A DNA stretch of 64,000 bases, taken from positions 1 through 64,000 of the forward strand of contig JAVHYY010000289.1 in NCBI GenBank assembly GCA_035221665.1, in the 5' to 3' direction. Source of the stretch: Okamejei kenojei (lineage: Eukaryota). The notes under the pieces are model-generated. The model worked only from the letters and a program-made list of their open reading frames with translations. It had not been told where the DNA came from and did not search any database. This document shows positions 24,720-34,800 of the stretch, one piece after another; position 1 is the stretch's first letter; each line of letters begins with the position of its first letter. Made by a program: the position numbers and the translations under genes.

Positions 24720-25025
24720 TCCCTGCACTGGGAGTATGTAACAGTGTGGAGGGAACTTCACTCAGTGACTAACCCGTACCCTGGGTGTGTGGGGACAGTG
24801 TGGAGGGAACTTCACTCAGTGACTAACCCGTACCCTGGGTGTGTGGGGACAGTGTAGAGGGAACTTCACTGCTTGTTTAACCTGTGCTGCCCCTTCCCTG
24901 GGAGCATTGGGACAGGACAGAAGGAACTTTGTAACTAATCTGTAGCTGACAGTACAGTGACACAGGGAGATTTATTCTGCATTTGACTCGTGCTCTGTCT
25001 GCCCTGGATGTGTTTGATGGGATCT
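24720..25025 (+). repeat. Satellite-like tandem repeat, ~54-60-bp unit
   Basis: ACAGTGTGGAGGGAACTTCACTCAGTGACTAACCCGTACCCTGGGTGTGTGGGG occurs exactly at 24741 and 24795, with more degenerate units flanking. Confidence 0.85.
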
Positions 25026-25084
25026 CTTTGCGGGAGCAGGTACTGGAGTCATAGTTATAGATGAATACAGTGTGGAAACAGGCA

Positions 25085-26130
25085 GATTAATCTCCAAAAG
25101 ACTGGAGGGTGGCTGATACTGAAGTGTAATAGAAGAAGGACATTAGGGCCAAGCCAGGGATCTACACCAGTGAGCCTGATATCATTGGTGGGAATGTCCT
25201 TAGGGACAGGAACGACCAGTATTTGGATAGGCACGGACTGATTAGGGATAGTCTTAGGTTTACAAGATCTAGATCCCTTGGGAGGGTGGGCCAAGGATTA
25301 GGGACAGCATGGCTTGTGTTTGGGAAATTGTGCCTCATGAACCTGAGAGGGTTCAACAAGGTCTGGCATGGTGGGCTGGTGTGGAAGGTTAGATCACATG
25401 GAACCCAACATGAGCTAAATTAGCTTGGAGGAAGTGGACTGCTGCAGGGGTCAGTGCTGAGACCACTGTTGTTGGTTATCTACATTAACAGTTTGCCATA
25501 CAATATAGTGGACATTGATAGTAAGTTTGTAGATGACCCCAAAATCAGTGCATGAGTGGACAGTGAGAAGCATAAGTTTACAAGAAGAACTAGATCAGTT
25601 GGGAAGGGGTGCCAAGGAATGCCAAATGGAATTTAACTCTGACAAGTGAGGGGGTGTTGAACTTTGGTAGATCAAACCAGAGCTGGACTTACACAGTAAA
25701 TGGTAGAGCCTGGAGAGTGTTGTAGAACAGACAAATGGGGAAATACAGGGGCATGGTTCACTGAGAGTGGTGAGTTAGGTGGACAGGGAGCTGAGGTGGC
25801 TTTTGGCAGACTGCCTTCAAAGGGAAGGGAACTGAGTATAAATGAGGGGCATGTATAAGGTGCACGCTCACAGGCCTTTTCCCAAGATAGAGGTTTCTAA
25901 AACACGAGGGCACAGGCATAAGTTGCGCGGGGAGAGATTTAAAAGGGGACTTCAGGGGCATTTTTATTCTCATTGGGTAGGCAGTATCTGGAATGAGTTG
26001 CCAGAGGAAACTATAGAAGCAGATAGAAATTCCAATTACCAAACTCATCCATATGGATGAGAAGGATATGTGGCCAATGGGATGAGCCCAGAAAGCCAGC
26101 TTGGTCGGCATGCACAAGATGGACTGAAGG
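25085..26130 (+). mobile_element. Old, internally deleted CR1 fragment
   Basis: Degenerate RT motifs (SKFVDD-like, WQMEFNSDK-like) and CR1 C-terminus. Confidence 0.75.
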
Positions 26131-26139
26131 CAGGTGATG

Positions 26140-26556
26140 CCGAGACTCAGGGAAAGAACAGCACCTCATATTCCGCTTGGGGAGTCTGCATCCTCTGGGC
26201 TTGAATATTGAATGTTCTCAATTCTGTTAACCCTTGCTGTCTCCTCCCCTTCCCACCTCTCCCTCAGCCCTCGGGCCCTGGCATTCCCTCTATCTCTATC
26301 TCCCTCCCCCACCCCAGTCGCACCAGCTTCTCATTTTCACACCACAAACAGCTTACAATGGCTTGTTCCCTTTATCACCGATACTTTTTTGCATATCTTT
26401 CACTCATTGTTCCTTATCTCTCCACATCACCGTCTATATCTCTCGTTTCCCTGATCCCTGACCAGTCTGAAGAAGGGTCTCGACCCGAAACGTCGCCTAT
26501 CTCCTTCGCTCCTTAGATGCTGCTGCACCCGCTGAGTTTCTCCAGCTTTTTGTGTA
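26140..26556 (+). mobile_element. Penelope-like element remnant (end of GIY-YIG endonuclease plus pseudo-LTR)
   Basis: Encodes EQHLIFRLGSLH..GLNIE, followed by a pyrimidine-rich pseudo-LTR containing a hammerhead core. Confidence 0.8.
26461..26500 (+). ncRNA. Minimal type I hammerhead ribozyme motif
   Basis: CTGAAGA-A-GGGTC(TC)GACCC-GAAA-C-GTC at 26467-26494. It has an intact CUGANGA/GAAA core, helix II, a palindromic minimal helix III (ACGT) and a GUC cleavage triplet. Helix I is weak. Confidence 0.7.
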
Positions 26557-26760
26557 ACCCTCAGGGACAGAACAGCCTGTGGGGTGGTGGGAAATGTACT
26601 GTTGCTGGGTAGATTCTAACTCTGGAGAAACCCGCCTGTCTCCGGGATATCCGTGCAATTGTTCCAAATATCTCACAGAGTTCAGAATTACAGAATTCGC
26701 GCAGACCATAAATTAACAAAACACAACTTGGTAAAGATGGAATTGAGGAATTGGTCTTAC

Positions 26761-27108
26761 CTGCAGTCACTGTCAGCGAGGTTCCTGCACCCCAGTTGTA
26801 AAGCTGGCTGCACGCACAACAGTAATAGGTGGCCGTGTCGCCCAGTCTCAGGCCGTTCATTTGGAGATAGACGTCCCCGCTCACCCTGGAAACCTCGAAT
26901 CGGCCGCTGTAGGCAGGCGCGTATTTTTTGTCACCATCATACTTTATCCTCGCCACCCACTCCAGCCCTTTCCCCGAGACCTGTTTCACCCAGTGGAAGT
27001 TGCAGTTACTGTGGTTGAAGCCGCTGGTTGCACAGGTCAGTTTGACGGACCCTCCGGGCTTTGCCACCGCGGTCGGGGTCTGGTCCATCCCGGTCGCGGA
27101 TCGAACGC
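26761..27108 (-). CDS. IgW: Germline-joined VDJ exon of IgW heavy chain (in frame)
   Basis: Translates to GVRS-ATGMDQTPTAVAKPGGSVKLTCATSGFNHSNCNFHWVKQVSGKGLEWVARIKYDGDKKYAPAYSGRFEVSRVSGDVYLQMNGLRLGDTATYYC-CACSQLYN-WGAGTSLTVTA. It has the V-set Cys/Trp/YYC, the GLEW motif and the J motif WGxG-T-L-TV. Acceptor TTGGCAG and donor G|GTAAG are present, and there is no RSS between V and J. Confidence 0.95.
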
Positions 27109-27215
27109 CTGCCAATAAAAGAGAAAAAAAAAAGTTTAATTAACTGTTGAAGAGGCAGAGGGTCAAAGAGTGTCCGAGAAGCAGCCCGGCCCCGAGTGGG
27201 GACGACGACACCCAC

Positions 27216-27261
27216 CTGGCAGACAGACCAGAAGGAGACAGACATAAGCAGCGACCCCCAT
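27216..27261 (-). CDS. IgW: IgW heavy-chain leader (signal peptide) exon
   Basis: Minus strand ATG GGG GTC GCT...CTG CCA G|GTGGG reads MGVAAYVCLLLVCLP(G). It is 46 nt with a phase-1 GT donor, the classic VH leader size, followed by a 107-nt intron ending in a poly-pyrimidine tract and CAG. Confidence 0.93.
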
Positions 27262-27349
27262 CACTCTGATCACTGACACACACTTGGACACTCCAGGAAT
27301 GGGCGGCTTCAGCTCAGGCGGGCTTTGTCGAGAGCCGCGGTCAGCGCTG

Positions 27350-27357
27350 TTTAAATA
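27350..27357 (-). promoter_or_regulatory. TATA-like box (TATTTAAA) of the VH promoter
   Basis: TATTTAAA lies ~90 nt upstream of the leader ATG in GC-rich context. A CACCC box (~27417) and an ETS-like CAGGAAG (~27442-27449, minus) lie just upstream. No octamer is seen nearby. Confidence 0.6.
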
Positions 27358-27926
27358 GGGAAGTGAGCTGTGAGTGAGAGGGAGAGAGAGAGAGGGAGCT
27401 GCGGCTTGAACAGGTTCCCACCCACTGAAACCAGAGGCGCGGCTTCCTGGCCCTGCCCCCAGCACCCAGTTCAATTCCCCAAAAGATGCTTGTCTCCACA
27501 ACAGGCGGCGGGAGGAGGGACAATGATGAGATCCGGATTAAAGATTGATCCCACTCTGCTCCATCCACTCATTGCAATGCTGAACACTTTGTGGAGCAAG
27601 AGGACACTCAGATACCCCAGTGAGGGGCTGAGTTAAAAGTCGGTGTACAGATATCCCCCTGAGACAGAGGGACACCTGTCAATGTAGATATCCCCTTGGG
27701 AGAGTGGGGCTAAGGTTCACCGGTCAGTGTACAGCTATCCCCCTGAGAGAGAGGGACAGAGAGACACAAGTTAGTGCAGATATCCACATCAATGAGAGGA
27801 CTGAGAGACACTGGTCAGTTTGAGTTGAGATTGAATTGAGTTTATTGTCACATGTACCGAGGTACAGTGAAAAGCTTTAGTTGCGAGTTAACCAGACAAC
27901 AGACATACAATACATGATTATAATCC

Positions 27927-29288
27927 ACTATCGACCTGTGGCACTAACGCCTGTGGTGATGAAGTGCTTCGAGAGGTTGATCAGGCACAAATCAACTCCT
28001 ACCTCGACAAAAACCTGGACCCACTGCAGTTCGCTTACCGCCACAACAGATCGACAGTGGATGTGATCTCGCTGGCCCTCCACTCCGCTCTGGACCACTT
28101 GGAAAACAAAAACTCATATGTCAGGCTGTTATTCATCGATTACAGCTCGGCATTTAATACTATCATCCCCTCCAAGCTGGATACTAAACTCGCAGAACTG
28201 GGTCTCTGCGCATCCCTCTGCAAATGGATCCTCGACTTCCTCATCCACAGACCACAGTCTGTTCGTATTGGGGGAAATGTGTCAGACTTGATAACAATCA
28301 GCACTGGGGAGCTCCTCAAGGCTGCGTGCTCAGCCCCCTGCTGTACTCACTCTATACTCATGACTGCGTAGCCGGTTATAGTGCGAACTCCATCATCAAG
28401 TTCGCTGACGACACCACTGTAGTGGGACGTATCACTGATGGGGATGAGTCGGAGTACAGAAGAGAGATCGAGCAACTGTCCATATGGTGCCAGCACAATA
28501 ACCTGGCCCTCAACACCAGCAAAACCAAGGAACTGATTGTGGACTTTGGAAGGAGTAGGATGGGGACCCACAGTCCCGTTTATATCAACGGGTCGATGGT
28601 TGAAAGGGTCAAGAGCTTCAAATTCCTGGGCGTGCACATCTGTGAAGATCTTTCCTGGTCCGAGAACACTGATGCAATTATCAAGAAAGCTCATCAGCGC
28701 CTCTACTTCCTGAGAAGATTACGGAGAGTCGGTTTGTCAAGGAGGACTCTCTCTAACTTCTACAGGTGCACAGTAGAGAGCTTGCTGACCGGTTGCATCG
28801 TGGTTTGGTTCGGCAACTTGAGCGCCTTGGAGAGGAAAAGACTACAAAAAGTAGTAAACACTGCCCAGTCCATCATCGGCTCTAACCTTCCTTCCATCGA
28901 GGGGATTTATCGCAGTCGCTGCCTCAAAAAGGCTGGCAGCATCATCAAGGACCCACACCATCCTGGCCACACACTCATCTCCCCGCTACCTCCAGGTAGA
29001 AGGTACGGGAGCCTGAAGACTGCAACGAGCAGGTTCAGGAATAGCTACTTCCCCACAGCCATCAGGCTATTAAACCTGGCTCGGACAAAACTCTGAACAT
29101 TAATAACCCATTATCTGTTATTTGCACTTTATCAGTTTATTTATTCATGTGTGTATATATTTATTAATGGTATATGGACACACTGATCTGTTTTGTAGTC
29201 AATGCCTACTATGTTTTGTGCTGAAGCAAAGCAAGAATGTCATTGTCCTATCAGCGACACATGACAATAAACTCACTTGGACTTGAAC
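27927..29288 (+). mobile_element. Rex/Babar LINE 3' half (RT domain)
   Basis: ORFs 27964-28371 and 28224-29096 (LFIDYSSAFNTI; GAPQGCVLSP; KFADDTT) with single frameshifts. TAATC flanks both sides. Located ~670 bp upstream of the IgW ATG. Confidence 0.92.
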
Positions 29289-29439
29289 TAATCGAGCCAT
29301 CCACAGTGAACAGATACATGATGAAGGGAATAACGCGAATAAAGTTCAGTGCAAGATAAAACCAGTAAATTCCGATCAAATATAGTTCAAGGGTCTCCAA
29401 TGAGGTAGATAGAGCACACAAGTCAAGCTACAACAGCCA

Positions 29440-30260
29440 GTCATGATGCTATGAGTGAAGTCCATCTACGCCTATATCGGCGACAATCTACACAATCTAT
29501 GACCATACCAGCGCCATGTTATGATAATACCGGCGACAACCTACGACAGCTGGCGACCATCGGCGACAGTTGACGCGACTAGCTACACCAGGCTACGACA
29601 GTGTCTCCTTTTTCTCCAGAAGAGGGCCCAACCCATGTCTTCAGCTCCTGAAACAGCTCAGGGGGGAGCCTGGTGAAGTTTCTGAAGGCAGCCTCATCTT
29701 CTTGTTGGAGCTCAGTCATCAGGTTGTCATACTGGCCCAACCTGGGTCTCTACAGGGACAAGGGCTTCAACCACACACACCTCTTCTTGGGCTTCCACTT
29801 CCCCATCCTTCTTGTCCTTCTGTCTTGCTGATCTTTAAGCTCGAGGGCTGCTGCAAGCAGCAGGGCTTCTTCTTGTGAGAGCAATGCCCTCAGATGTTGG
29901 AAACAAAACATCCCCTTTTATAACTGGGTGATTCCATTGTTTTGACATGAATTGTCTTCAGTTGTCTCTGACAGTCGTAACTAGTCGTGGCCTGTCGCGG
30001 GCGGACGTAGGTTGACTTCGGTTGTCGCCTGTGTGGTCGTAGATTGTCGTATGTGTCGGCGTAGGTTGTCGTAGGTGGACGTCCCAAGTCGCGACGATTG
30101 TGTCACCGGTTGTCGGTAGCTTGCCTCAGCTTGACGTCGACTAGGTGGTAGGTTGTTGTAGCTTGTCGGAGACATTGTTGTAGGGGGTCCAGTCGCCGGT
30201 TTTTCAGCGACCTGCTACGACTATGACAGTCGCAGGCAGTCGCCTAAGTGGGACAGGCCC
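29440..30260 (-). mobile_element. Internally deleted PIF/Harbinger transposon with transposase N-terminal remnant
   Basis: TIR AAGTGGGACAGGCCC-TTA at 30246-30260. Minus strand 29602-29890 reads KKRCVWLKPLSL*RPRLGQYDNLMTELQQEDEAAFRNFTRLPPELFQELKTWVGP/LLEKKET. Confidence 0.75.
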
Positions 30261-31552
30261 TTAAATGGCTTGATTGTAATCATGCATTGTCCTTCTGCTG
30301 ACAGATTAACACACAACAAAAGCTTTTCACTGTGCCTCGGTACACATGAGAATAAACTCAACTGAGCTGAACTGAAGTCAATGATGCAGTTGCAGAGGTG
30401 AGTACGGACTCCAAGTCCCTCGAGTTTGGTGATGAGCTTGGCTGGTATAATGGTGTCAGACTGTAGATATCCCACGAAAGAGTGTACAGATATACCCCTG
30501 ACAGTGGCACACTGGTCAGTGTAGATGTCCCAAGAGAGAGGGAATGAGGGAGACCGATCTGTTTACAGAAGGGAGAGAGGGAGAGAGGGGGAGAGGGAGA
30601 GAGAGGGGGAGAGGGAGAGAGAGGGAGAGAGGGAGCATGCGCTAGCTGTCAGTATACACATATCGAGAGAGAGAGGGTGAGGGAGAGAGAGCGCTACCTG
30701 TCAGTGTACAAATATCCCAAGAGAGTGGGACTGAGAGACACTGGTAAGTGTGCAGATATCCCCATGAGAGAGAGGGATTGGGAGAAACTGGTCAGTGTAG
30801 AGCAGAAAGATAAGAATAGGTGCAGGAGTAGGCCATTGCAGAGGTTTCCACAGATTCACAACTCAGTGTACAGATATCAAGCTGAGAGAGAGGGAGTAAG
30901 GTTCACCGGTCAGTATACAGATAACCCTCTGAGAGAGAGAGAGAGAGAGACTGAAAGCTGCATAGAAACTGTGAGCAGTGTAAAGTTAGCCCCCTGAGAG
31001 AGAGTGACTGAGCGAACCCATGCAGTGAGGGAAAGGGACTGAATTGATAAAGCTAATTTGCAGAATCTTCTGCCTCCACCAACCTTGGAAGAATCAATGT
31101 GAACCAGAATTTCTTGGGTGGAAGGAGGATTATATACTGATCAGGAATTTTCTCTCCCAGAGATTAAAATAGAGTTTCAGTACTGGGCAGGTGTGCCATC
31201 ACTACTATTAGAAACCCCTTGATCTGTGTCAGCCGTGGGTCTTTTGATCCAAGTTTTCAAGAACAGGAAGTGCAACACTAAGAGAAGCATATGTACTGAG
31301 AAACAGGAGGCTGCCCAGTCAAGGGGGCAGCCAAGTGCTGCTGGACGGGTCAATGGCAGGAAATCCCAGGGAGAGACGTTCTGTGGAGCATCTGTTCCTT
31401 CTTCAGAATGGTCTCACGACAGTTCCAAATCATGCACCTCCAACAGACATAGAGCAACAAACGCTGCTCAATCCAACTCCCATGGCAGCTGAACAGATGT
31501 CCTGTTTCCCTTTCAACCTCACTTTTACCATTGCCATTTGTCCTTTTACAGG

Positions 31553-31703
31553 AACATAGAAACATAGAAAATAGGTGCAGGAGTAGGCCATTCGGCCCTT
31601 TGAGCCTGCACCGCCATTCAATATGATCATGGCTGATCATCCAACTCAGTATCCTGTACCTGCCTTCTCTCCATACCCCCTGATCCCTTTAGCCACAAGG
31701 GCC
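31553..31703 (-). mobile_element. CR1 3' tail fragment
   Basis: Conserved CR1 3' UTR and (CTATGTTT)n tail. Confidence 0.85.
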
Positions 31704-31875
31704 AAACTTGGGACATTTAATGGAGGCGTCTTGAGGGCAGTGAGTATTATGGACTTGGAGGTGCTCGATGTCCTCAGGCGTATGACAGTAGATAAGACCT
31801 ATGAAGATTGTACAAAACATTGATGTCTGGAATGCATTACAAGGGGACGTTGTGGAAGCAGATACGATAGCAATG

Positions 31876-34800
31876 ATTTTACTTCACAGAGGTTTTTCTG
31901 CCAGTTTCACAGCCCGACGAGTGAGCCGGTTATGGACTGTGGGGAAACCCCGGTCCCACAGCGGAAGCGGATAACTGGCAAAAAGATCGGGTTGTGAGAT
32001 AAGGAGCCGTTGACAAGGCAGTCAGAGGCTCCCAGCCTGCGGGGATGCCTTAGAATGGCAAGGAAATAACACCAGAGTCGCTGACAGTGTGGTCAGCGGC
32101 TCACAGATGTCGGTCCCCAGGCAGGGAATAAAATTGGGGAGAAAGGACTCGTTCAGCCCTATTTGGACTCGGGTGAGTCGGGCTACAAGGGTTTGTCTCT
32201 TATAAATAAAGTTTAATGTATGTTATAGTGTTTTCTTAAAGTTAAAAGTTAAAGGCAAAGTTAAAAGTCATAAAAGTTATTGTCATATGTCCCTGACAAT
32301 GAAATTCTTCTTGTTTAGCACAAGTTGCTGTGAAGGGTTAAAAATTGCTTTAACCCTTCACAGGTAATTCTGTACGCTAAAAATTTGGATTTAGTGAGCC
32401 TACACAGTAATAGTGCGGGCCTATGGGACAGGCCACGCTAGCAGCGCCTGACAGGGCTGCTTCATGTATGAAAGTGCTGGCCTACGGGAGAGCCGCACCA
32501 GCAACGCCTGATACAGGGCTGTTTCATTTGTAACATTGCCGGCCTACGGGAGAGCCGCACCAGCAACGCCTGATACAGGGCTGTTTCATTTGTAACATTG
32601 CCGGCCTACGGGAGAGCCGCACCAGCAACGCCTGGGACAGGGCAGCTCAAGTTCACACATAAGTCTGCTAGGCCCACGGAGTCGGAGGATGATTCCCCAC
32701 TGGGCTGGATAGCAAGGCCCATGGAGTCGGGGGATGATTCCTCACTAGGGCTGGATAGTGCGTTTGAAACGACTATCCCAAATGCAGCAACTGTTGCATA
32801 CAGTGCTACAGTTGGGCACAAGCCAACAGGAGTGTCAGCGCCACCCTGAACTAAAAGGCGCCAGCAGCATCTAGTAGAGAACTGTTTGATAGCACCTTCA
32901 TAGATGAGGAGGCACGGGCCATGGGCCAGTTTAGTTCTGACCCCGACTCTGATGGTAAGGTTGAGCCGGAAATTCTACCTCTGCAGGCCGCACCAGCAGC
33001 TCCAGTTGACAGAGCTGCTACAGGTCTCCCTCTTGGAGGCAGAGGCCAAGACAGGCCAGTATCCTGCTGACGCTGAGTCTCAGGGTCTGGCCGTGGGGCA
33101 TACCCCAAGGGATGAAGGGCACATGACAGAGGTACCTTTTTTCCTGACAACAAAGTTGCCATCTCAGCAGAATGTTCTATTCAGGTATAGGTCCAATGGG
33201 TTCATATCAGTATAGGTATCCTGCGGTAGTGCATGGTTAGGGCTGCCTACGAATCGCCCTCTCTGAGGAGAGAAGAGCAAAAGGTCAAGATAGAACTGAT
33301 TCCAGGCTCTAAAAAAGTCAATAGAACATACTGAAGCACATATGTGCCGGAAGTGAACAGCGCCAACAGGGGGATGTGAGAGCCAGCCGCCGAATCTGTT
33401 ATTCAGGTAGGCCTATTCAACAGGGGAAGAAAACCTGGCAGACAAATCAATTAAGGCCAACAGCGGCCAAAGGTCATCGTTTCAGAACGCACCCCAGGCG
33501 CTCATCGGCAGTCGGTGGTTCACTGGATCTGGGGGCAGCATGATAGCACAGAAATTCCATGCACCTTACCAACCCTACTCAACAAAGTGGGTCTAGCACT
33601 TCCAAAACATGGGTAAGTGCACCATTCACAAGTAGTAATATTTACATTTGTTTATGCAACACACAAAGGATAAAAACATCTGGTTGAGGTACAGTATTAG
33701 CATTCCAAGCAAGTTTGGATTATGGCCAGGGTTATCTTTGAAGTTATGGTTCGGAAATCGGGCCAAAGTTCTCATGCAAACCACCCATGGAATAAGGCGG
33801 AGTGGCATGTTTATTATGAAAAATGGAGAGTGTCGGGCATATGAACTTTCCGAATATGAAAACTTATTTTCCTGACTAACAACAGATTCATAAGGGTCTC
33901 AAAGATCCATGCTTTGCAATTCCCATTACAGAGGTTATCAAAGACAATATAACTGTACTAATAACAGTAAAACATTGCGGAATGGGATAAACTGTTCGTT
34001 GGTCATTGGGATTTACCTTTAATTATTAATTAGCCTATGATTCCGCCCTGTGGGAAGAGATTGGAGTTAATAGCAACCTGTTATAAACTGACTTTTATTT
34101 CTTCAAGAGTAATTGGCAATATAGTAGCGGTATTTCAGCTGAGCAAATCAAGGAACTGATATTGTGCAAAGTAGCGACCTCTCAAAGGACATGTAGACCA
34201 TTGTTAACAACCTTATGCTACTGTCAGCTGAAGCTACCTCAGTCACAATGATGAAAAAACAGCATTCAGCATTGCTGAACATGACAATAAACTTATTTGA
34301 ACCTGAACTTGAACTTGCTTCAGTAGTTTGGTCGGTCGAATTCAGTTATTACAAACTGATGCAAAGGACTCTAAGGTGAGAAGTTCCGAATACCATCTCT
34401 AGTTGGAGGTAGTGGAGATTTTCATGAGTTACCAATTCTTCAATTGTTGGTATCAACTAAATATATACACTAGATGCACCCCATGGGTAAGGGGCTATTG
34501 AGCGAATATACATATTCTACATGCTCAATTTCAAGTTGCTGCTCTATGATGGTGACATATGTTAGTCACATGGCAATCAAGTAAAAGTATCCTGTAATAA
34601 TTACCTTGTCTCCTTTGCCACTGGTGTATCATCCAGTTCAGATTAGGTATTGGATATCAAAGTATTATGAAAGTATGGTTCAATGCTACATCGAATATCG
34701 ACATGTTGGTTCATGTTCATTCATTCACTGATTGCAAAAATATGTGGCACAACAGTGCGGAGAAAAACATTCTCGCTACAAAAGGAGGAATGTTCTTTTG

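Larger units (their letters stand above)
27605..31040 (+). repeat. Degenerate ~45-bp tandem array (AGATATCCCCTGAGAGAGAGGGAC..AGAGACACTGGTCAGTGTAC) split by insertions
   Basis: Units are visible at ~27605-27820 and ~30460-31040. LINE and Harbinger insertions lie between the two blocks. Confidence 0.7.

Noticed and set aside
24741-24870. ACAGTG motifs as possible RSS heptamers, or the array as CRISPR-like
   Set aside because: No CAC start, no 12/23-spaced nonamer and no unique spacers. It is a eukaryotic tandem repeat.
26561-26760. ORF-track extension of the VDJ frame past the J segment
   Set aside because: Read-through beyond a consensus G|GTAAG donor into intron. No evidence it is used.
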